From contig CBDCXM010000009.1 in assembly GCA_965223855.1 (NCBI GenBank), forward strand, positions 2,848,001 to 2,912,000: 64,000 nt of DNA, written 5' to 3'. Below, one piece after another: positions 1 to 10,388 of the stretch. A program made the position numbers and the translations under genes. The DNA comes from Candidatus Multivoradales bacterium. GTDB lineage: Bacteria; Acidobacteriota; Thermoanaerobaculia; Multivoradales; JAHEKO01. The notes beneath the pieces were generated by a model that saw only the letters and a list, made by a program, of their open reading frames with translations, did no database searches and was not told the origin of the DNA. Numbering within the stretch: position 1 is the first letter of the stretch; the number at the start of each line of letters is the position of its first letter.

Positions 1-615
1 GGCACCGACACCACGCAGTTCCTCTTCCAGTACGACTACTTCCACGAGGCTCGCGCCATGGGTGACGGGCTCGTGGGCTGGTACATCCTGCGGGTCGAGG
101 ACCCGGAACGCGCCGTCGAGGTCGCCAACGCCATCGACCAGGAGTTCGCGAACTCTCCCGCCGAGACGCGGACCGAAACCGAGATGGCGTTTCTCCAGGG
201 GTTCGCCAACCAGGTCGGCAACGTCGGGAAGATCCTGATGGCGGTGCTCGCCGCCGTCTTCTTCACGATCCTGCTGGTGGCGGGCAACACGATGGCTCAG
301 GCGGTGCGCGAGCGCACCGAAGAGATCGGGGTGCTCAAGGCGATGGGCTATCGCAACGGCCAGGTGCTCGGCCTGGTGCTCGGCGAATCCCTGCTGCTGG
401 CTCTGCTCGGCGGAGGGCTCGGTCTGGTGCTGGCCTGGTTCTTCATCACCACGGGTGGAGATCCGACCGGTGGTGCGCTGCCGATCTTCTACCTGCCGCG
501 AGGGAAGGTGATCGTCGGGCTCTGCCTGATCCTCGGGCTGGGGGTGGTGACCGGACTGCTGCCGGCGCTCCAGGCGATGCGTCTCAACGTCTCCGACGCG
601 CTGAGGAGGGGGTAA
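1..615 (+). CDS. ABC transporter permease, MacB/FtsX family (5' partial)
   Basis: Frame is open from base 1. FtsX-type C-terminus (VRERTEEIGVLKAMG...VLGESLLL) with TM helices. Confidence 0.9.
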   Translation, partial: GTDTTQFLFQYDYFHEARAMGDGLVGWYILRVEDPERAVEVANAIDQEFANSPAETRTETEMAFLQGFANQVGNVGKILMAVLAAVFFTILLVAGNTMAQAVRERTEEIGVLKAMGYRNGQVLGLVLGESLLLALLGGGLGLVLAWFFITTGGDPTGGALPIFYLPRGKVIVGLCLILGLGVVTGLLPALQAMRLNVSDALRRG

Positions 616-618
616 CCG

Positions 619-1815
619 ATGGCGATCCTGCGCTGGCTGCGACAGGTTCTGTCGGTGACGCGGTACAGCTTCACCACCATCCCTCAGCGCTGGGGCTCGT
701 CGCTCTCTTCGGCGTTCGGCATCGCCGGTGTGGTCGCGGTCCTCGTCGGGGTGCTGTCGATCGCTCAGGGGGTGCGTTCGACGATGCAGCAGTCGGCGTC
801 GCAGGACACCGCGATCGTGCTGCGCGACGGTTCCAACTCGGAGATGATGAGCATTCTCGGTCGCGACGGCGCGCGGGCGATTGCCGATACCGCGGGCGTG
901 CGGCACGACGGTGACGGACCCATGTCGTCCGCCGAGCTGTTCGTCATCATCGACCTCCCGAAGCGCTCGACCGGCACGGACGCCAACGTGCCGCTGCGGG
1001 GCGTCGAGGCTGCGGCCTTCAAGGTGCGCGACAACCTGAGGATCGTCGAGGGGCGGAGTTTCGAGTGGGGGCGCAACGAGGTCATCGTCGGCGTCGGCGC
1101 GGCCCGCGAGTTCGCCGGTCTCGACCTGGGGGGAGAGCTCCCGGTCGGCGGTGACGGCTGGAAGATCGTCGGCCTGTTCGAGGCCGGCGGAGGCATCGCC
1201 GAGTCGGAGGTGTGGACGGATGCCAGCATCCTGCAGGCCGCCTATCAGCGTGGCGAGTCGTTTCAGGCGGTCTACACCCGCCTCGAGAGCCCGGAGGCGT
1301 TCGCGGCCTTCAAGGATGCGCTTCAGAGCGACCCACGGGTCAGCGTCGATGTCTTCCGCCAGGAGGAGTACTACGAGGAGCAGTCGGCGATCCTCACCGG
1401 GTTGATCACAGGCCTCGGTCTTCTGATCACGTTGCTGATGGCGATCGGAGCGGTGTTCGGCGCGCTCAACACGATGTACACCGCCGTCTCCGCACGCACC
1501 CGGGAGATCGCGACCTTGCGGGCCGTGGGTTTTCGCAGCGGGCCCGTGGTGCTGTCGGTTCTGGCCGAGTCGCTGCTGCTGGCGCTCGCCGGTGGGACGG
1601 TGGGCGGCCTCGCCGCCTACTTCGCCTTCGACGGCTTTCGTGCGGCGACGATCAACTGGCAGTCGTTCAGCCAGGTCGCCTTCAGCTTCGACGTCACGCC
1701 GGGGTTGGTGATCGCCGGGATCGTCTGCGCCGGCGTGATCGGCTTCTTCGGCGGCCTGTTCCCGGCGGTTCGCGCGGCTCGCATGCCGATCGCGACCGCG
1801 CTGCGCGAGAGCTGA
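619..1815 (+). CDS. ABC transporter permease, MacB/FtsX family
   Basis: N-terminal TM, periplasmic domain, RTREIATLRAVGF motif, three C-terminal TMs. Preceded by a GGAGG RBS. Confidence 0.9.
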   Translation: MAILRWLRQVLSVTRYSFTTIPQRWGSSLSSAFGIAGVVAVLVGVLSIAQGVRSTMQQSASQDTAIVLRDGSNSEMMSILGRDGARAIADTAGVRHDGDGPMSSAELFVIIDLPKRSTGTDANVPLRGVEAAAFKVRDNLRIVEGRSFEWGRNEVIVGVGAAREFAGLDLGGELPVGGDGWKIVGLFEAGGGIAESEVWTDASILQAAYQRGESFQAVYTRLESPEAFAAFKDALQSDPRVSVDVFRQEEYYEEQSAILTGLITGLGLLITLLMAIGAVFGALNTMYTAVSARTREIATLRAVGFRSGPVVLSVLAESLLLALAGGTVGGLAAYFAFDGFRAATINWQSFSQVAFSFDVTPGLVIAGIVCAGVIGFFGGLFPAVRAARMPIATALRES

Positions 1816-1835
1816 AGGAAGGGCCGAGCGGGATC

Positions 1836-2906
1836 GTGCAGGGGAGAGCCATCGACTGGGGACGGCACTTCCTGATCGGCCTGCAGAAGTCGCCGACTCT
1901 CACCGAGCACGACCGCAGGCTTCTGGCCGAGCTCCGGCCGGCGGGAGTGGTGCTGTTCCGTGACAACTTCGATCACGAACCGCCGTATCCGGACTGGCTC
2001 GATCCGCTGAGGGCGCTGCTCGACCAGGCGCGCGAGGCGATCGGTCGCGACCGCATCGTTGTCGCCGTCGATCACGAAGGCGGGCAGGTGATCCGTACCC
2101 CGGCTCCGGTGACCGACTTCGGCGAGGCGGCGTCGTGGGCCTCGCAGGCCGCGCAGGTGGGGAGCGGGATGGGTCGCGAGCTGGCCTCCCTCGGCATCAA
2201 CGTCAACTTCGCGCCCGTCGTCGACGTGCACTCGAACCCGGCGAATCCGGTGATCGGCAGCCGCGCGCTGGGAACGGATCCGCGCTCGGTGATCCGCGCC
2301 GCCCGGAGTTTCCTGCGGGCGCAGCAGGCGGAGGGGGTTCTCGGCTGCCTCAAGCACTATCCCGGGCACGGCGACACCGCGGTCGATTCGCACGAGGCTC
2401 TGCCGGTAGTCGATCGCTCGCTCGAGAGCCTTCGTCGTCGGGAACTGGCGCCGTTCCTCGAGCTTCTCGACGAGACCGTCGAGCTGGTGATGACGGCCCA
2501 CGTCCACTATCCGCAGTGGGATCCGGAGTGGCCGGCGACCCTGTCACGACGCATCGTCGAGGAGACGCTGCGCCATCGGGCGGGCTACGAAGGAGTCGTC
2601 ACGACGGACGACCTCGGGATGCGCGCCATTTCGGAGCGGTTCGACGAACCGGGGATCCCCGCGCGCGCTCTGACCGCGGGGTGCGACTGGCTCACCGTCT
2701 GCGCTCACCTCACCGACACCGGACGGGCCCTCGGAATGGCACGATCCCTGGCGCGCAGCCACGCGGAGGGCGAACTTGCGGACGAAGTCGTCCGCCGCTC
2801 CAGGCGTCGCATCGAGCGCCTCCTCGCCTCCTTGCCGCAGCACCCGGTGAGAGAGCTGCCGCCGGAGACCTTCGCCGAGCACCGGCTCGGCGCCCAGGCA
2901 GGCTAG
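1836..2906 (+). CDS. nagZ: Beta-N-acetylhexosaminidase, GH3
   Basis: [13 protein letters not shown] and [14 protein letters not shown] (NagZ KH[FY]PGHG..DxH) motifs. Start reassigned to the GTG at 1836 inside the 1212..2906 ORF. Confidence 0.85.
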   Translation: MQGRAIDWGRHFLIGLQKSPTLTEHDRRLLAELRPAGVVLFRDNFDHEPPYPDWLDPLRALLDQAREAIGRDRIVVAVDHEGGQVIRTPAPVTDFGEAASWASQAAQVGSGMGRELASLGINVNFAPVVDVHSNPANPVIGSRALGTDPRSVIRAARSFLRAQQAEGVLGCLKHYPGHGDTAVDSHEALPVVDRSLESLRRRELAPFLELLDETVELVMTAHVHYPQWDPEWPATLSRRIVEETLRHRAGYEGVVTTDDLGMRAISERFDEPGIPARALTAGCDWLTVCAHLTDTGRALGMARSLARSHAEGELADEVVRRSRRRIERLLASLPQHPVRELPPETFAEHRLGAQAG

Positions 2907-3424
2907 CTCAGCTCGCCGCTGTCTTCGATCACCACGGCACTGGACGTGGCGCCGCTCGGACTGCCGGCCGCTTCCATCGCCGCCAGCACGTCCTCTCCCT
3001 CGACGAGTCGGCCGAAGACCACATGCTTGCCGTCGAGCCACGACGTCTGAGCCGTACAGATGAAGAACTGGCTGCCGTTGGTGTTCGGGCCGGCGTTGGC
3101 CATCGACAGCGTGCCGCTGCCCTCGTGACGCAGTTCGAAGTTCTCGTCGTCGAAGCGGCCGCCGTAGATCGACTCCCCGCCGGTGCCGTTGCCGGCCGTG
3201 AAATCGCCCCCCTGGCACATGAAGCCGGGGATGATGCGGTGGAAGGCGCTCCCCTTGAAATGAAGCGCCTTGCCCGACCCTCCGGTTCCCTTCTCACCGG
3301 TGCACAGGGCACGGAAGTTCTCGGCTGTGCGGGGGACGACATCGGCGGCGAGCTCGAACGTAAGGCGACCGCGCGGGGCGCCGCCGATCGAGATGTCGAA
3401 GTAGACGCGGGGATTGGAAGACAT
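2903..3424 (-). CDS. Cyclophilin-type peptidyl-prolyl cis-trans isomerase
   Basis: [59 protein letters not shown]. Confidence 0.97.
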   Translation of the reverse strand: MSSNPRVYFDISIGGAPRGRLTFELAADVVPRTAENFRALCTGEKGTGGSGKALHFKGSAFHRIIPGFMCQGGDFTAGNGTGGESIYGGRFDDENFELRHEGSGTLSMANAGPNTNGSQFFICTAQTSWLDGKHVVFGRLVEGEDVLAAMEAAGSPSGATSSAVVIEDSGELS

Positions 3425-3622
3425 GAGGGTTCCTTTCTCGATCGGGAGATCGTCGGGGGTGTAGGCCGGCCATACGGCGTCGCGCCCCGGGGTGCTTCCC
3501 GGCTCGGTCGCCGACGGCCGCCGATGGTGACAGATTCGCCGGCGAGTTGCTCGGCCGCCTCCCGTTTGCGGTCGGGAGAGGCCGTCCTATACTGCCCACT
3601 CCTCCCGGAGGAGACCCCCGCG

Positions 3623-4936
3623 ATGACCGCTGCCTCGCTGACCACGACCGTTCTGATCGTCGACGACGAACCCGGCATTCTCGCCACCTTGTCCGGCGTC
3701 CTCGCCGACGAGGGCTACGCGACGCTGACCGCCGAGAGCGGGGAGCGCGCGATCGAGCTGTACGCTCGGGAGTCGCCCGATGTTGTCTTCCTCGACGTCT
3801 GGTTGCCCGACAAGGACGGTCTCGAGATCCTGCAGGCGCTGCGCGAGCAGGATCCGGCGGCGGCGGTGATCATGATGTCGGGGCACGGCACCGCCTCGAC
3901 GGCGGTCAAGGCGATCAAGATGGGGGCGTTCGAGTACGTCGAGAAGCCGCTGTCCTACAACGAGGCTGTCGATGCCGTCGCAGGCGCCCTCCAGTATCGG
4001 GAGTCGGTGAGCCGCGACAGCGACCTGCTTTCGACGCTCGAGAAGACCAAGACCCGCCTCGAGGAGAGTCCGCGGCTGCAGCCGCCGCCGCCACTGCCGC
4101 TCCTCCAGGTGACCGACGAGCCGCAGCGCACGCTCGCTGCCGGGACGGTCCTCTACGGTCTCGGTCTCCACTCCGGCAACCGGACCGGCATGACGCTCCA
4201 GCCGCTGCCGGTCGACACCGGGATTCACTTCGTCTCGCTACCGACGAATACGGTGCTGCCGGCTCACATCTCGTCGGTGGCCGAGACCGACTACGCGACG
4301 ACCCTGTCGCGCGACGGCCAGGACATCAAGACGGTCGAACACCTCCTCTCTGCCTTGCGTGCAGCGGGAGTGACGAACCTGCTCATCAAGGTGCACGGCG
4401 AGATTCCGGTGCTCGACGGTTCCGCGCTCGAGTTCTGCGAGGCGCTCGAGCGGGTCGGCGTCGTCGAGCAGTCGGCGCCGCGCCGGGAGATCGTCATCGA
4501 CCGTCGCTACGAGGTGAGCGGCGAAGGGGGCAAGCAGCTCAGCATCGAGCCTGCTGAGACCTTCTCGGCACGCTACGAGCTCAGCTACCCGCCGCCGGTC
4601 GGGGATCAGGTGTGTGAGTTCGAACTCACCGACTACGACTCCTATCGCGATGCGATCGCGCCCGCCCGGACATTCGGTTTCATGAAGGACCTCGGCATGA
4701 TGCAGGAACTCGGGCTCGGCACCGGCGGCCGGCTCGACAACTGCATCCTCGTCGGCGAAGACAACGTCATCAACACCCGCCTGCGCTTCTCTGACGAGTT
4801 TGCCCGTCACAAGGTGCTCGACATCATCGGCGACCTCTACCTTCTCGGCTACCCGATTCGTGGGCGGGTCGTCGGCCGTCTGACCGGTCACAAGATGAAC
4901 ATCGCCCTGCTGCGCGAGATCGCGGCGACGGCCTGA
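3623..4936 (+). CDS. lpxC: Response-regulator receiver fused to UDP-3-O-acyl-GlcNAc deacetylase (REC-LpxC)
   Basis: ATG at 3623 after GGAGGAG. Receiver motifs VLIVDDE, FLDVWLP, MSGHG, EKP. LpxC motifs QRTL..GLGLHSG, TVEHLLSAL, EIPVLDGSA, ARTFGF, RHKVLDIIGDL, GHKMN. Confidence 0.92.
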   Translation: MTAASLTTTVLIVDDEPGILATLSGVLADEGYATLTAESGERAIELYARESPDVVFLDVWLPDKDGLEILQALREQDPAAAVIMMSGHGTASTAVKAIKMGAFEYVEKPLSYNEAVDAVAGALQYRESVSRDSDLLSTLEKTKTRLEESPRLQPPPPLPLLQVTDEPQRTLAAGTVLYGLGLHSGNRTGMTLQPLPVDTGIHFVSLPTNTVLPAHISSVAETDYATTLSRDGQDIKTVEHLLSALRAAGVTNLLIKVHGEIPVLDGSALEFCEALERVGVVEQSAPRREIVIDRRYEVSGEGGKQLSIEPAETFSARYELSYPPPVGDQVCEFELTDYDSYRDAIAPARTFGFMKDLGMMQELGLGTGGRLDNCILVGEDNVINTRLRFSDEFARHKVLDIIGDLYLLGYPIRGRVVGRLTGHKMNIALLREIAATA

Positions 4937-4941
4937 ATTCC

Positions 4942-5895
4942 TTGTTTCGCGCCTTCACCAGCGAGCGGTGCCAGCTCCACAGGCCCCCGGCCGGCGCACC
5001 CGAGCGGCCGGAGCGGCTCGAGGCCGTGCGGCAGGGGGTCGTCGATGCGGGCTGGGACCTCGAAGACGTGAACGAGGGGAGATACCGGGAGGAAGAGGTT
5101 CGCGAGGCGATCCACGCTTCGCACAGCGCGGCCTATGTCGAGCGCTTCGAGCGTGCCGTCCGGCGGGGTGACGGGCTGATCGACTCGGCCGACAACCCTT
5201 TGTCTCCGGGGACGTTCGCGGGCTCGCTGGCCGCGGTCGAGGTGGCGCTGGCAGCGACCGACGCGGTCGGCTCGGGCGAACTGAGGCAGTCCTTCGCTGC
5301 GGTGCGGCCTCCCGGGCACCACGCCGAGCGCGACGAGGCGATGGGGTTCTGCTACTTCGCCAACGCCGCGATCGCCGCCGAGCGGCTGCTCGGCCGCCAC
5401 GACCTCGAGAAGGTCGCGGTGGTCGACTTCGACGTCCACCATGGCAACGGCACGCAGCATCTGTTCGAGGAACGGGCCGACGTCTTCTTCGCCAGCCTCC
5501 ATCAGCACCCGTTCTATCCCGGCACCGGGCTCGCCTCGGAGCAGGGGCGGGGCGAGGGCCTCGGAGCCACCCTCAACCTCCCGCTCCCGGCAGGTCTTTC
5601 GAGTGCCGAGTTCGAGAGCGTGATCGACGAGCGGCTGCTGCCGGCGTTGAGGGAGTTCGCGCCGCAGGCGATCGTCGTCTCGGCGGGCTTCGACGGCTGG
5701 GTCGATGACCCGCTGGGGGGATGGCGGGTCGAAACCGAGAGCTACCGGTGGGTGGGGGAGCGCCTGGTCGCGGCGGCGGAGGCGAGCTCGAAAGGCCGGC
5801 TGGTGGCCCTCCTCGAGGGTGGGTACAGCCTCGAGGGGTTGCGCCATGCGACTGCGGCCTTCCTCTCCGGAGTGGCGCGCCGGCCGCCGGTATAA
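4942..5895 (+). CDS. Histone deacetylase family (AcuC/AphA-like) amidohydrolase
   Basis: RPPGHHAE, MGFCYFAN, DFDVHHGNGTQ, YPGTG, SAGFD, LEGGY. Confidence 0.95.
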   Translation: MFRAFTSERCQLHRPPAGAPERPERLEAVRQGVVDAGWDLEDVNEGRYREEEVREAIHASHSAAYVERFERAVRRGDGLIDSADNPLSPGTFAGSLAAVEVALAATDAVGSGELRQSFAAVRPPGHHAERDEAMGFCYFANAAIAAERLLGRHDLEKVAVVDFDVHHGNGTQHLFEERADVFFASLHQHPFYPGTGLASEQGRGEGLGATLNLPLPAGLSSAEFESVIDERLLPALREFAPQAIVVSAGFDGWVDDPLGGWRVETESYRWVGERLVAAAEASSKGRLVALLEGGYSLEGLRHATAAFLSGVARRPPV

Positions 5896-5969
5896 TGCCG
5901 CCACCGGAAGGCCCGCCTCCGGCATCCGATGCTCCCGCCGGCTCGCCCTCGAGGCGAGCCGTTTCGACC

Positions 5970-8429
5970 ATGGCAATCGACACTCCGCCCCAGCAAGGCT
6001 CCGCCGAACCCCGACCCCAGCGTGCAGGCTCGGGTCGCGTCGGACTGACGAAAGACGGCGTTCTCGCCGACTATCGAATCGGCTACGAGAGCCGCCAGGC
6101 GAGCCTGATCGGGAGGCGCGAAGTGCTGACCGGCAAGGGCAAGTTCGGCATCTTCGGTGACGGCAAGGAGGTCGCCCAACTGGCCATGGCGCGCGCCTTT
6201 TCTCCGGGCGACGTGCGCGCCGGCTACTACCGCGACCAGACCGTGATGCTCGCCCTCGGCCTGACGACCGTCGAGGAGCTCTTCAGTCAGCTCTACGCCG
6301 ATCCCGATCCGGCTCACGAGGTCTCTTCGGCCGGTCGCCAGATGAACGCCCACTTCGCCACCCGCTTCCTGGCGGAGGACGGCTCGTGGCTCCCGATCGC
6401 CGAGCTATACAACAGCTCGGCGGATCTGTCGCCGACCGGTTCCCAGATGCCCCGACTCGCCGGCCTGGCCCAGGCCTCGAAGCTCTATCGCGAACTCGAG
6501 ATTCCGGGCGCCGAGCGCTTCTCGACGAACGGCAACGAGATCGCCTGGGGGACGATCGGCAACGCGAGTAGTGCCGAGGGGCTGTTCTGGGAAACGGTCA
6601 ACGCCGTGGGGGTCCTCAAGGCGCCGATGCTGCTGTCGATCTGGGATGACGGCTACGGAATCTCGGTGCCGAACGAGTACCAGGTCACCAAGGGCGACCT
6701 GTCGAAGATCCTCGCCGGCTTCGGGCGCGCGGAAGGTAGCGATGCCGGCTACGATCTCTATCGTGTCCGCGGCTGGGACTACCCGGCGCTGTGCGAAACC
6801 TACGCCGAGGCGGCGGAGCGGGTCCGAGAGACTCATGTGCCCGCGATCGTCCACGTCGTCGAGCTCACCCAGCCGCAGGGGCACTCGACCTCCGGGAGCC
6901 ACGAGCGCTACAAGAGCCCGGAGCGGCTTCAGTTCGAAAGCGATTTCGACGGTCTCGTTCGAATGCGGCGGTGGATGCTCGATGAGGGTGTCGCCTCCGA
7001 GGAGCTTCTCGACGAGCTCGAGAGCAAGTCGCTCGACAGGGTGCGCCGGCAGCAGCGCTCGGCATGGGAGCGCTTCCGCAACCCGATCGAGGTCGCCCGT
7101 CTCGAGCTCTCGGGGCTGTTGGCCGATCTGCTGGCCGAGACGGACGACGAGGAGACCTCCAGAGAATTGGCGTCCCAGGCGCAGCGCCTGGAGCGGATGC
7201 CGACGCCAGGGCGGCGCGATCTGGTGGCGACGGCCCACGACGCGCGCCTCGCTTCGGCGGCGATGTCGGGAACGGCGCGACAGAAGCTCCTGAGCTGGCT
7301 TGAGAGGGAGCGCGAGGCGCTGGCATCGACCTACAGCTCGCACCTGACGAGCGATGGCCCGAAGGCGGCTTCGGCCGTGCCGGAGGTCGCCGCTGTCTAC
7401 GCCGACGAGCCGGAGATGCTGCGGGGCTTCGAGATCCTCAACGCCGGCTTCGATGCCGCGCTGGCTCGTGATCCGAGGGTGCTCGCCTTCGGCGAGGATC
7501 TCGGGTATCTCGGCGACGTCAATCAGGGATTCTCCGGGCTGCAGGCGAAGTACGGCCCGATCCGCGTTTCCGACACCGGGATCCGCGAGGCGACCATCGT
7601 CGGGCAGGCGATCGGCCTTGCTCTACGCGGGCTGAGGCCGATTGCGGAGATCCAGTACCTCGACTACCTGCTCTACGCCCTGCAGATCATCTCCGACGAC
7701 CTCGCGACCCTGCGCTGGCGCAGCGCCGGAGGTCAGAAGGCTCCCGTCATCCTGCGTACCCGCGGCCACCGGCTCGAAGGGGTGTGGCACTCCGGCTCGC
7801 CGATGGCGGGTCTCATCCATCTTGTGCGCGGGGTTCACGTCTGCGTGCCGCGTGACATGACGCAGGCGGTCGGCTTCTACAACACGCTGCTCCAGTCCGA
7901 CGATCCGGGCCTGGTGATCGAGGTGCTCAACGGCTACCGGCTCAAGGAGCCGAAGCCGGACAATCTCGAAGCGTTCACCGTGCCGCTCGGCGTTCCTGAG
8001 GTGATTCGGCAGGGCGAGGACGTCACGCTCGTGACCTACGGCGCTCTGTGCCGCATCGCGCTCGAAGCGTGCGAGCAGCTCGAGCGGGTGGGAGTGGACG
8101 TCGAGGTGATCGACGTCCGCACCCTGCTGCCGTTCGATCGCCACGCTCTGATCCGCAACTCCCTCGAGAAGACCAACCGGATCGTCTTCCTCGACGAGGA
8201 CGTGCCGGGAGGCGGCACCGCCTACATGATGCAGCAGGTGCTCGACGCCCAGGGGGGCTACGAGTGGCTCGACGCCGAACCGGTGACGCTGTGCGCGGCG
8301 CCGCATCGCCCCGCCTACGGGTCCGACGGCGACTACGCCTCGAAGCCGAACCGGGAGTCGATCTTCGACACCGTCTACGCTCTGATGAGGCGCTGCGACC
8401 CCGCTCGCTACCCGTCGCTCGACGGCTGA
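5970..8429 (+). CDS. 2-oxoacid dehydrogenase E1, fused alpha/beta (TPP-dependent)
   Basis: GKFGIFGDGKE, YYRDQT, GHSTSG, DTGIREATIVG, EIQYLDY and transketolase C-terminal domain. ATG at 5970 chosen because earlier starts overlap the deacetylase gene. Confidence 0.9.
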   Translation: MAIDTPPQQGSAEPRPQRAGSGRVGLTKDGVLADYRIGYESRQASLIGRREVLTGKGKFGIFGDGKEVAQLAMARAFSPGDVRAGYYRDQTVMLALGLTTVEELFSQLYADPDPAHEVSSAGRQMNAHFATRFLAEDGSWLPIAELYNSSADLSPTGSQMPRLAGLAQASKLYRELEIPGAERFSTNGNEIAWGTIGNASSAEGLFWETVNAVGVLKAPMLLSIWDDGYGISVPNEYQVTKGDLSKILAGFGRAEGSDAGYDLYRVRGWDYPALCETYAEAAERVRETHVPAIVHVVELTQPQGHSTSGSHERYKSPERLQFESDFDGLVRMRRWMLDEGVASEELLDELESKSLDRVRRQQRSAWERFRNPIEVARLELSGLLADLLAETDDEETSRELASQAQRLERMPTPGRRDLVATAHDARLASAAMSGTARQKLLSWLEREREALASTYSSHLTSDGPKAASAVPEVAAVYADEPEMLRGFEILNAGFDAALARDPRVLAFGEDLGYLGDVNQGFSGLQAKYGPIRVSDTGIREATIVGQAIGLALRGLRPIAEIQYLDYLLYALQIISDDLATLRWRSAGGQKAPVILRTRGHRLEGVWHSGSPMAGLIHLVRGVHVCVPRDMTQAVGFYNTLLQSDDPGLVIEVLNGYRLKEPKPDNLEAFTVPLGVPEVIRQGEDVTLVTYGALCRIALEACEQLERVGVDVEVIDVRTLLPFDRHALIRNSLEKTNRIVFLDEDVPGGGTAYMMQQVLDAQGGYEWLDAEPVTLCAAPHRPAYGSDGDYASKPNRESIFDTVYALMRRCDPARYPSLDG

Positions 8430-8462
8430 GACGGCGGGACGCGGGGCCTTGCGAAGTTCAGC

Positions 8463-8996
8463 CTAGAGAAACCCGAGCTGGAGCCGTGCGGCCTCCGACA
8501 TCATGTTCTGATTCCAGGGCGGATCGAAGACGACGTCGACCCGAGCGTCCTTGACGCCGGCGAGGCCCTCGACTCGCCGCTTCACGTCCTCGGCGAGCAC
8601 CGGACCCATGCCGCAGCCGGGGGCGGTGAGGGTCATCGTGATGTCGATCACCGCCTCGCCTTCGCCTTCCTCGATCTCGCAGTTGTAGACCAACCCGAGG
8701 TCGACGATGTTGACCGGGATCTCGGGGTCGTAGCACTTCTTCATCTGGTCCCAGACCCGTTCCTCGAGAGAGCCGGAACCTTCGTCGCTCTCGGCGACCA
8801 CTTCCTTGCCGAGGGCGTCTGCATTGCGCTCGTCGATCCGGTACATGGCGCCGCGATCGGTCATCACGGTGAAGCTGCCACCGAGCTGCTGTGTGATGAG
8901 GAGCGGAGTGCCCTCCTCGAGCATCACGGAGACGCCGTCGGGGATCATGATGGCGCCGACGTCGCGCGCGAGCTGGACCTCTTCTCGTTCGTACAT
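8463..8996 (-). CDS. sufT: Fe-S cluster assembly protein SufT (long DUF59 form)
   Basis: DPEIPVNIVDLGLVY, MTLTAPGCGMG, PPWNQNMMSEAARLQLG, plus the N-terminal ITQQLGGSFTV extension. Confidence 0.9.
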   Translation of the reverse strand: MYEREEVQLARDVGAIMIPDGVSVMLEEGTPLLITQQLGGSFTVMTDRGAMYRIDERNADALGKEVVAESDEGSGSLEERVWDQMKKCYDPEIPVNIVDLGLVYNCEIEEGEGEAVIDITMTLTAPGCGMGPVLAEDVKRRVEGLAGVKDARVDVVFDPPWNQNMMSEAARLQLGFL

Positions 8997-9072
8997 GGTG
9001 AGAGTCTAACCTCTCACCAGCTTCCCGTTGCAGGACCGTATCGCGCTGATCCAGCCCGAGAGGGAAGTTGTT

Positions 9073-10284
9073 TCAGCTCTCGGCGAGCCGTTCGACCCCT
9101 GCGTAGCCACCCTCTTCGAGTGACGCAAGCAGGCGTTCACCGTGCTCCGGATCCCGGGTCTCGAGGGTGAGGTCGACCGATGCGGACCAGAAGTCGGCTC
9201 CGGCGAAGTTGCGATCGTGCTCGACCCTGCGGACGTTGGCCCCCTCGCGCGCGACGGCGTCGAGCAGGCCTGCGAGCGCACCCGGGCGATCGCTGAGTCG
9301 GACCCGCAGGCGGATGAGGCGCCGCCGACGCACGAGCGATCGCTCGACCACCCGCGCGAGGACGCCGGGGTCGATGTTGCCGCCACTGATCACCACGACG
9401 ACCTTGCGGCCGGCGAACCGTCTATCCGGGGCGAGAAGCGGGGCGCATGCAGCGGCACCGGCCCCCTCGACGACGAGCTTCGAGCCGTCGAGCAGCTCGT
9501 AGATCGCCTCTTCGATCTCGCGCTCCGAAACGGTCCGGATCGCCTCTACAGTGCTGCTGACGATCGAGAACGTGAGCTCACCCGGCAGGCGCACGCTCAG
9601 CCCTTCCGCGAGAGTGGGCCCGACGAGGTGGCTACTGCGCTCGCCGCTGTCGAAGCTGAGTTTCATCGCCGGCGCGGCCTCGCTCTGAACTCCGAGCACC
9701 CGCGTCGGTGCCGTCGCCAGCGCCGACCCGATGCCGGAGATCAGGCCGCCGCCGCCGATGCCGACGAGCACATCGTCGGCGTCGGGGACCTGCTCGGCGA
9801 TCTCGAGTCCGACCGTCCCCTGGCCCGCGATCACGTCGGGGTGATCGAACGGAGGGACGAGGGTGCGCCCCTCCCTCCCGGCGATCTCGATCGCATGCTC
9901 CTGAGCCTCGTCGAAGACGCTGCCCGCCAGAACGACCTCCGCCCCCAATGCGCGGGTCCGCTCGATCTTCACCAGCGGTGTCGGTTCCGGCATGACGATG
10001 AGGGCGGAGACCCCCAGATGGCGGGCACCGAAGGCGACTCCCTGCGCGTGATTGCCCGCCGATGCGGCGACGACGCCGCGAGCGCGCTCGTCCTCCGGGA
10101 GACGAAGCATCCGATGAGTGGCGCCACGAACCTTGAAGGAGCCGGTGTGCTGGAGACTCTCCAGCTTGAGCCAGACCTCGGCTCCCGACGTCTCGCAAAG
10201 ACGCGCGTCCCGGATCACCGGCGTCACCGGCAGATAGGGCGCGAGGCGTTCGCGGGCGGCCTCAATTGCGGAAAGGTCGATCAT
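9073..10284 (-). CDS. ilvA: Threonine ammonia-lyase with C-terminal ACT domain
   Basis: KLESLQHTGSFKVRGA (PLP lysine), SAGNHAQG, GGGGL, SGGNID, ACT motif LSDRPGAL. An alternative TTG start lies at 10314. Confidence 0.92.
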   Translation of the reverse strand: MIDLSAIEAARERLAPYLPVTPVIRDARLCETSGAEVWLKLESLQHTGSFKVRGATHRMLRLPEDERARGVVAASAGNHAQGVAFGARHLGVSALIVMPEPTPLVKIERTRALGAEVVLAGSVFDEAQEHAIEIAGREGRTLVPPFDHPDVIAGQGTVGLEIAEQVPDADDVLVGIGGGGLISGIGSALATAPTRVLGVQSEAAPAMKLSFDSGERSSHLVGPTLAEGLSVRLPGELTFSIVSSTVEAIRTVSEREIEEAIYELLDGSKLVVEGAGAAACAPLLAPDRRFAGRKVVVVISGGNIDPGVLARVVERSLVRRRRLIRLRVRLSDRPGALAGLLDAVAREGANVRRVEHDRNFAGADFWSASVDLTLETRDPEHGERLLASLEEGGYAGVERLAES

Positions 10285-10388
10285 CGACTGCGCACGCGGC
10301 GACGGCTCGGTCAAGATATCAGAGGGTCGGGGGCTTCCGGCCCGACACTCGACCGCCGGGAGGGATTCGACTAGGCTCCCGTTTTCAC

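Noticed and set aside
2135-3622. N-terminal 496 aa of the 933-aa ORF as part of the LpxC fusion
   Set aside because: It overlaps nagZ and the antisense cyclophilin and is R/G-rich nonsense. A clear RBS and ATG exist at 3623.
5891-5896. TATAAT promoter for the E1 gene
   Set aside because: It coincides with the upstream stop codon and has no convincing -35. Plausible but unsupported.
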